Source of the DNA: an uncultured Candidatus Rokubacteria bacterium
GTDB lineage: Bacteria > Methylomirabilota > Methylomirabilia > Rokubacteriales > DASRDR01
Reading direction: 5' to 3'
Assembly (NCBI GenBank): GCA_963708025.1
Contig: CAVPSB010000019.1
Span: 96,001-160,000, forward strand
Length of the DNA stretch: 64,000 bases
Positions 57,930 through 64,000 of this stretch are shown piece by piece; within the stretch, counting starts at the first letter, position 1; every line of letters begins with the position of its first letter. The translations under genes and the position numbers were made by a program. A model generated the notes under the pieces. The model was not told the origin of the DNA and searched no databases. It saw only the letters and a list, made by a program, of their open reading frames with translations.

Positions 57930-59252
57930 TCAGCGCATGGCGCGCAGGGCGTCCTCCATGACGTCGAGGGTCCAGTCGATGTCGGCCTCGGTGTGGGCGA
58001 GCGAGATGTAGAGCTTCGTGTTCGGGATCACGAAGAGACCGCGGGCCAGGAGCTCCAGGCCGAAGCGGTTCGCGCGCTTGGCGTCGGCGGCACGGAGGGC
58101 CCGCTCGGAGGAGAGGTCGGCCTGGGGCGCGATGAAGAAGACCTGCGCGATCGGGCCGTCACCGAGCGCGCGGAGCCCGATGCCCAGCCCGGCCGCCCGC
58201 TTTTCCACCCCCTGGCGCAGCCGCTCGCCGAGCGCGTGCAGGCGCGGGTAGACCATGGGACGGCGCAGCTCGCCGAGCGCGGCCCGGCCGGCCGCGCACG
58301 CCAGGGCGTTCCCGCTCAGCGTCCCCGAGAGACAGGCGTACTCGAGGGTTCCCTTGCGGGCCGGGTCGGCGGTGGCCATGACGTCGGCCCGGCCGGCGAT
58401 GGCGGCCAGCGCGAAGCCCGCCGTGAGCGCCTTGCCGTACACGGCGAGGTCCGGCACGACGCCGTAGTGTTCCTGGGCGCCGCCGTAAGCGAGCCGGAAA
58501 CCGGTGACCACCTCGTCGAAGATCAAGAGGGCGCCGTGGCGATGGGCCAGCTCGCGGAGGCCGGCCAGGAAGCCGGGGACCGGTCGGATCGCGCGCTGGA
58601 GCGGCTCGACGATGATCGCCGCCAGGTCGTCGGCGTGGGTCGACACGATCCCGGCGGTGGCCTCCAGGTCGTTGAAGGGCGCGACCAGCACGCTCTGGAG
58701 CGCGCCCCGGGGGATCCCGCCGATGTCCGGGGGCGGGCTGGGGTAGGGTTGCTCTGAGGGGATTCGCCAGTTGCCCACCATCGCGTAGTCGTGGAGGCCG
58801 TGCCAGCCGCCCTCGAACTTCAGGATCTTCTCCCGCCGGGTGAAGGTGCGGGCCATCCGGCAGGCGAACATGGTCGCCTCGGTTCCGGTCGAGACGAACC
58901 GCACCTGCTCGGCACCGGGGACGGCCTGCACCACCTCTTCGGCGAGCCGGACGGACGGCTCGCTCAGCCAGAAGAAGGTGGAGCCGCGGGCGACCTGCTC
59001 CTGGACGGCCTTGACGATCGCCGGGTGCGCATGACCGAGGAGCAAGGGACCGGAGCCCAGCACGTAGTCGAGGTACGTGCGGCCGCGCAGGTCGAAGAGC
59101 CGGGGCCCCTCTCCGCGCTCGACCACGAACGACAGCTCGGGCGGCAGGGCGTTCTGCCCCAGACAGGCGCCGGGGAGGTAGCGGGTGGCGGCTTCCAGCA
59201 GCTCCCGGGAGAGGTTTTCCGCGGCGTCGATCGACTGGACCGGGCTGGGCAT
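57930..59252 (-). CDS. Class III aminotransferase (GSA-aminomutase-like)
   Basis: YLDY.LG.GP..LGH, STGTEA, GGWHG, FDEVVTGFR, GKA. Confidence 0.88.
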   Translation of the reverse strand: MPSPVQSIDAAENLSRELLEAATRYLPGACLGQNALPPELSFVVERGEGPRLFDLRGRTYLDYVLGSGPLLLGHAHPAIVKAVQEQVARGSTFFWLSEPSVRLAEEVVQAVPGAEQVRFVSTGTEATMFACRMARTFTRREKILKFEGGWHGLHDYAMVGNWRIPSEQPYPSPPPDIGGIPRGALQSVLVAPFNDLEATAGIVSTHADDLAAIIVEPLQRAIRPVPGFLAGLRELAHRHGALLIFDEVVTGFRLAYGGAQEHYGVVPDLAVYGKALTAGFALAAIAGRADVMATADPARKGTLEYACLSGTLSGNALACAAGRAALGELRRPMVYPRLHALGERLRQGVEKRAAGLGIGLRALGDGPIAQVFFIAPQADLSSERALRAADAKRANRFGLELLARGLFVIPNTKLYISLAHTEADIDWTLDVMEDALRAMR

Positions 59253-59340
59253 GGCGGCTCCTTTGGGCAATGGGTGCGCTCCCACCTTATGAGAAGGAAC
59301 CGGAGCGGCGCAAGAGCCACCACCCGGGGCGCGGCCGGAG

Positions 59341-59566
59341 GCTGCCCGGCGTCTGCCCGGCGTCTGCCCGGCGTCTGCCCGCGTCCTGGGCAGCTGCCCA
59401 TGAAAGCGGCACGCCGCCGCCGCCTCCAAGATGCCCGGCCCCGCCATCAGCCCGATTTTCCGGGCCGCCGCTCCACGGCGCTCGGGGCACGCCCCTTGCT
59501 TGACTAGACACGGCCCGCTCGCGCGGCGGTCGCTCGATTGAATTGCCGTCGGTGGTCGGCTAGAAT
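59341..59566 (+). promoter_or_regulatory. glnA control region: enhancer-like palindromes, sigma54 and sigma70 promoters
   Basis: TGCCC-N7-GGGCA (59376-59392), TGCCC-N7-CGGCA (59395-59411), GGCACGCCCCTTGCT (59486-59500), TTGAAT-N17-TAGAAT (59538-59566). Confidence 0.65.
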
Positions 59567-59643
59567 CGGCGGCTGTAGCGACCCCGCCCCGCGGGTTTCG
59601 GCGCGAGAGTCAACCCCCCACCCCGCATGAACGGAGGAGCGGC

Positions 59644-61071
59644 ATGACGCCCAAGGACGTGCTCAAGCTCGCCAAGGACAAGGGTGCGAAGATCGTCGAC
59701 CTTCGCTTCATCGACGTGCCCGGTCTCTGGCAGCACTTCTCGATCCCGGTCGCCGAGCTCACCGAGGAGCTCTTCGCCGAGGGCATCGGCTTCGACGGCT
59801 CGTCGATCCGGGGCTACCAGACGATCGACGAGTCCGACATGCTCCTCATACCGGACCCGACGACGGCGCAGATGGACCCCTTCACCGCGGTCCCGACCCT
59901 GGTCCTCATCTGCAACGTCAAGGACCCGGTGACGATGGAGGCATACACGCGCGATCCGCGCTACATCGCGCAGAAGGCCGAGCTCTTCCTGAAGCAGACC
60001 GGGATCGCGGACACCGTGTACATCGGGCCCGAGCTGGAATTCTTCATCCTCGATTCGGTGAAGTTCGACCAGGGCTACAACTACGGCTTCTACCAGATCG
60101 ATTCCGACGCCGGCTTCTGGAACGCCGGCAAGGACACCTCGCTGAGCGGCGGGCCCAACCTGGGTTACAAGCCCCGCTACAAGCAGGGTTACTTCCCGGT
60201 ACCGCCAATGGACCACTTCCAGGACATCCGGTCGGAGATGGTCCTGAACCTCGAGTCGGTCGGCGTGAAGGTCGAGGTGCACCACCACGAGGTGGCGACC
60301 GCCGGCCAGACCGAGATCGACATCCGGTTCAACACGCTGACCACGATGGCTGACCGCGTGATGTGGTACAAGTACGTCACCAAGAACACCGCCCGCAAGC
60401 ACGGGAAAACCGCGACGTTCATGCCGAAGCCGATCTTCCAGGACAACGGCTCCGGCATGCACACTCACCAGTCGCTCTGGAAGAACGGCAAGAACCTCTT
60501 CTACGAGGTGGGGGGATACGCGGACATCTCGAAGACGTGCCTCCACTACATCGGGGGCATTCTCAAGCACGCCCCGGCGCTGCTGGCGTTCATCGCGCCC
60601 ACGACCAACTCCTATCGCCGCCTGGTCCCCGGCTACGAGGCGCCGATCAACCTCGTCTACAGCCAGCGGAACCGCTCGGCCTGCGTCCGCATCCCGATGT
60701 ACTCGCGCTCCGAGAAGGCCAAGCGGATCGAGTTCCGGACGCCGGATCCCTCCTGCAACCCGTACCTGTCGTTCGCGGCTTGCCTGATGGCCGGCCTGGA
60801 CGGCGTGGTGAACAAGATCGACCCTGGGGCGCCGATCGACAAGGACCTCTACGAGCTGCCGCCGGACGAGGCGAAGGCCGTCAAGCAGCTCCCCGGCTCG
60901 CTCGACGTCGTGCTCGACAACCTGGAGAAGAATCACGACTTCCTCCTCAAGGGCGACGTCTTCACCCCGGACCTCATCGAGACCTGGCTCGAGTACAAGC
61001 GGAAGAACGAGGTGGACGCGATCCGGCTCAGGCCGCATCCCTACGAGTTCTCCCTGTACTTCGACATCTAG
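59644..61071 (+). CDS. glnA: Type I glutamine synthetase
   Basis: [47 protein letters not shown] (adenylylation Tyr). Confidence 0.97.
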   Translation: MTPKDVLKLAKDKGAKIVDLRFIDVPGLWQHFSIPVAELTEELFAEGIGFDGSSIRGYQTIDESDMLLIPDPTTAQMDPFTAVPTLVLICNVKDPVTMEAYTRDPRYIAQKAELFLKQTGIADTVYIGPELEFFILDSVKFDQGYNYGFYQIDSDAGFWNAGKDTSLSGGPNLGYKPRYKQGYFPVPPMDHFQDIRSEMVLNLESVGVKVEVHHHEVATAGQTEIDIRFNTLTTMADRVMWYKYVTKNTARKHGKTATFMPKPIFQDNGSGMHTHQSLWKNGKNLFYEVGGYADISKTCLHYIGGILKHAPALLAFIAPTTNSYRRLVPGYEAPINLVYSQRNRSACVRIPMYSRSEKAKRIEFRTPDPSCNPYLSFAACLMAGLDGVVNKIDPGAPIDKDLYELPPDEAKAVKQLPGSLDVVLDNLEKNHDFLLKGDVFTPDLIETWLEYKRKNEVDAIRLRPHPYEFSLYFDI

Positions 61072-61263
61072 CGGGCGTGGCCGATGAGCTTCGCAACGTT
61101 CATCTCGGTCGGGACGCGCTCGGCCTCCGGCCTCGCGTCCGTCCCGACCTATGGTCGTCCTCGGTCGTCGCCGATCCTCGGCGTACTCGGAGTACGCCTG
61201 CGGTCGGCGACTCCCTGCGTCCTTGAGGCGGCGGGCGCTGCTCGCTCCTCGGCCCCGCCCGCT
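61070..61263 (+). repeat. Structured repeat family B, copy 3
   Basis: Terminal IR matching 18/20; begins in the glnA stop codon. Confidence 0.85.
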
Positions 61264-61363
61264 GACTCTGGCCTTTCGAGGCATCTGAGGTCGCGGCGCC
61301 CTCGACTCCTTCCCTCTCCCTCCCGTCTCGGGAGGGAGAGGGCAGGGTGAGGGTGGGCCTCCC

Positions 61364-61846
61364 GTGACGCGGTCCCTAGGTCCGAGCCTTCCGGACGCCC
61401 TGCTGGCGCGGCTCATGGCCCCCGATCCGGCCGAGCGGCCGGGCGAGGCGATCGTGCTGATCACCCTCGATCCTTACGGCCGCCCGCACCCCGGGCTCCT
61501 GTCCTACGCCGAGCTGCTCGCGCTCGATCCCGCCCGCCTCCGGCTCGCTCTCCACGCCGGCACCCGGGCGACCACGCACCTGCACGAGTCCGGGCGCGCC
61601 ACGCTGGTCGTCGCCGACGCCGAGCTGCTCACTTACGTGAAGACCGACGCGGTGCCGATCGGCCCGGCGCCGGTGCATCCGCGCCTGGCGCGCTTCGAGC
61701 TTCAGGTGCGGGAGGTGCTGGAGGACCGGGCGGAGGGGGAGGAGGCGGGCTCGTTCCTGACGGGCGGCATCACCTTCGCCTGGCCGGGCGGGCCGGAGGC
61801 CTGGGCCCGCCACGCGGCGCGGGTGCGGGAAGCCCTCAGAGCCTAA
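61364..61846 (+). CDS. Pyridoxamine 5'-phosphate oxidase-like split-barrel protein
   Basis: LITLDPYGRPH..LLS..E, GTRAT..L...GRATL. Confidence 0.7.
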   Translation: MTRSLGPSLPDALLARLMAPDPAERPGEAIVLITLDPYGRPHPGLLSYAELLALDPARLRLALHAGTRATTHLHESGRATLVVADAELLTYVKTDAVPIGPAPVHPRLARFELQVREVLEDRAEGEEAGSFLTGGITFAWPGGPEAWARHAARVREALRA

Positions 61847-61899
61847 CCGGGGCTGCGCGCTGGAGATGTCGATGTCACGGCAAGCAGCTTCGCTGGTCG

Positions 61900-62092
61900 A
61901 GTCAAGGACTCGCCTCGTGGCTACCTGTTCCGCAGCCTGCGCACCCTGCAGCCTCTCCTCATTGCCCGGGCGGGCCGCCTGACCTGGCGCGAGGGCCGGA
62001 ACGTCCTGCACCTCACCGAGAACCCAGCAACCGAGAGGCTCTATGGGCAGGCCGCTCAACGCCTGGCAGCCTGATTCATTTGCCGATTGGGG
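61900..62092 (+). mobile_element. Probable IS transposase 3' remnant (IS1380-like)
   Basis: Lower-GC stretch; startless frame YLFRSLRTLQPLLIARAGRLT...RLAA* (61922-62074), then TGCCGATTGGGG; family assignment is from recollection. Confidence 0.45.
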
Positions 62093-62908
62093 TCAGTGCA
62101 TCTCGATGCCGCCGGCGACGTTGAGGGCGACGCCGCTCACGTTGTCAGCGCGGCAGAGGTAGACCACCGCCTCCCCGATGTCGGCCGGTGTCTGCTCGCG
62201 GCCGAGCGGCGTGTTCCGGCGGACGAACTCGTCGAACGCCTGCTCGGGCGGAACGCCGAGCGACGCCGCCCGGGCCGGTCCCACCACGTCGAGCCACATG
62301 GACGTCCGGAGCAAGCCCGGGCAGACGGCGTTGACGCGGATGTTGGCCGGACCCAGCTCCTGGGCCAGGGCCTGGGTGAGGCCGACGACCGCGAACTTCG
62401 TGGCGGCGTAGGCGGCGGTGAAGGCGCGGCCCGTCTTGCCCGAGATCGACGCGATGTTGACGATCGCGCCCTCGCCCCGCGCCCGGAGGTGCGGCAGCGC
62501 GGCGCGGGTGCAGAGGAAGACCCCTTTCACGTTGACGTCCATCAGGCGGTCCCACTGGGCCTCGGTCAGGGCTTCGAGGGGACCTGCCACGATCACGCCC
62601 GCGTTGTTGACGAGGATGTCGAGGCTCCCGAGCTGCCGTGCGACCTCGCTCACCAGCGTCTCGACGTCGGCGGCCCGGGTCACGTCGGCCACCAGCGGCA
62701 GCGCCTTGACGCCGCGGGCCGCCGCCAGGCGGACCGTCTCGTCGAGGTCGGCGGAGCGGCCGAGACGATAGGGCAGGGCAGGGTCCTCGGCGACGCCGAG
62801 GTCGGCCAGGGCGAGGTGGACACCCTCGGCGGCGAGGGCGAGGGCGATGCCGCGGCCGATGCCGCGGGCGGCCCCGGTGACGAGCGCGACCTTGCCGGTG
62901 AGCTTCAC
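62093..62908 (-). CDS. SDR-family oxidoreductase
   Basis: TGAARGIG, VNNAG, YAATK, NAVCPG. Confidence 0.92.
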   Translation of the reverse strand: MKLTGKVALVTGAARGIGRGIALALAAEGVHLALADLGVAEDPALPYRLGRSADLDETVRLAAARGVKALPLVADVTRAADVETLVSEVARQLGSLDILVNNAGVIVAGPLEALTEAQWDRLMDVNVKGVFLCTRAALPHLRARGEGAIVNIASISGKTGRAFTAAYAATKFAVVGLTQALAQELGPANIRVNAVCPGLLRTSMWLDVVGPARAASLGVPPEQAFDEFVRRNTPLGREQTPADIGEAVVYLCRADNVSGVALNVAGGIEMH

Positions 62909-62924
62909 GGCGGCTTCCTCCTCT

Positions 62925-63040
62925 GTTCGGGACCTCCCGCCCACCCCCCCAACCCCCCTCCCCCACCGTTCGACGGCCTTCGGCCTTTGGCCGGGGGGAG
63001 GGGGGAGCCGGAGGACCCGATTGGTTCAAACGCTCTCAGC
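62925..63040 (-). repeat. Repeat family C, copy 5
   Basis: Closely matches (reverse) 56391-56504. Confidence 0.8.
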
Positions 63041-64000
63041 TCACAGGTCGTTCCCGGAGTACGTCAGGTTGAAGCTCTTGTTGCAGAGCGGGAAGTCGGG
63101 GACGATGTTCTTCAGGACGGCGTATTCCAGGGCGGGCCAGTTCACGAAGGACGGGTCCTTCACCTTGACCCGGACCAGCTCCCCGGCCGGACCCGTCGCG
63201 ACCCAGTGGAGGATCGGGCCCCGCCACGCCTCGCAGCGCCCGAAGGCGTGCTGCCGGGGCGGCAGCGCTCCGAGGGGCGCCGCGATGGGGCCGGGCTCGA
63301 GCCGCGCGGCGACCTCGCCGATCAGGCGCACCGCTTCCCGGGCTTCCTCGATCCGCACCATCGTGCGGGCCCAGACGTCGCCCTCCTGATGGACGGCGAC
63401 GCGCGGCGCCAGCTCCCCGTAGGCCGCGAAGGGCGTATCGCGCCGCGCGTCCGCATCGATCCCGCTCGCTCGGGCGACCAGGCCGACCACCTGCATCTCC
63501 GCCGCCGTGCGAAGAGAGAGCCGACCGGTCCCCTGGAGGCGCTCGAGCACCAGGGTGTTCCCCAGCGCGATCGTCGTGACCTCCTCGAAATCCGCCACGA
63601 TCCGGGCGATCGTCGCCGCGGCCTCGGCCACCGCCGGTCCCGGCAGGTCGAGGGTCACGCCGCCCGGCACGACCGCGCCGCGGAGGAGCCGGTGGCCGGT
63701 CAGGCGCTCGTCGAGCCGCAGCAGGTCCTCGCGGAGCCGACCGCAGTGGGCGTGGGCGAAGGCGAAGCCGGTGTCGTTGAGGATCGCGCCGACGTCGCCC
63801 ACGTGGTTGTAGAGCCGCTCCAGCTCGAGGAACAGGACCCGGAGCAGCGCCGCCCGGCGCGGGATCGGGACGCCGGCCAGCGCCTCCAGCGCCTGAGCGT
63901 AGGCCACGGCGTGGCCGACGCTCGTGTCGCCGGAGATCCGTTCGGCCAGCGCCGGCGTTCGCTCGAGCGGGAGCGTCTCGAAGAGTTTCTCGGTGCCCTT
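63041..64000 (-). CDS. Ehr-type (HycE/NuoD-like) large subunit lacking NiFe cysteines; 5' end outside the window
   Basis: KGTEKLFE, ERISGDTSVGH, LELERLYNH, EAWRG, DPSF.NW, DFPLCNKSFNLTYSGNDL. Confidence 0.88.
   Translation of the reverse strand, partial: KGTEKLFETLPLERTPALAERISGDTSVGHAVAYAQALEALAGVPIPRRAALLRVLFLELERLYNHVGDVGAILNDTGFAFAHAHCGRLREDLLRLDERLTGHRLLRGAVVPGGVTLDLPGPAVAEAAATIARIVADFEEVTTIALGNTLVLERLQGTGRLSLRTAAEMQVVGLVARASGIDADARRDTPFAAYGELAPRVAVHQEGDVWARTMVRIEEAREAVRLIGEVAARLEPGPIAAPLGALPPRQHAFGRCEAWRGPILHWVATGPAGELVRVKVKDPSFVNWPALEYAVLKNIVPDFPLCNKSFNLTYSGNDL

Noticed and set aside
57930-59252. Calling the aminotransferase hemL
   Set aside because: Family motifs only; no tetrapyrrole gene context and a divergent N-terminus

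Overview
High-GC (roughly 70%+, estimated by eye) bacterial chromosomal window; gene content is suggestive of Rokubacteria/Methylomirabilota, but this is an inference. It is mostly metabolic. Main blocks: three stand-alone MetE-like (cobalamin-independent methionine synthase catalytic domain) paralogues; a frameshifted RND efflux pair; TPR proteins; a GcvT-family oxidoreductase; a cNMP-domain/SLC13 permease fusion; a long minus-strand run of citrate synthase-aconitase-PrpF-Liv-type ABC-PhyH-MetE-like-Zn dehydrogenase; a tusA/IscS-like operon whose IscS lacks the PLP lysine; a coenzyme F420 cluster (cofG, cofH, cofD, fused cofC-cofE, F420-dependent enzymes, npdG); a GAF kinase/REC/Hpt/REC phosphorelay; glnA with a sigma54 + sigma70 promoter region; and an Ehr-type hydrogenase-like subunit. 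Intergenic DNA holds several families of orientation-biased palindromic repeats that share a small hairpin module, a CTAG-flanked MITE, an IS remnant and a riboswitch-like attenuator. Scattered single-base frameshifts look like long-read consensus errors. No rRNA, tRNA or CRISPR array was seen.
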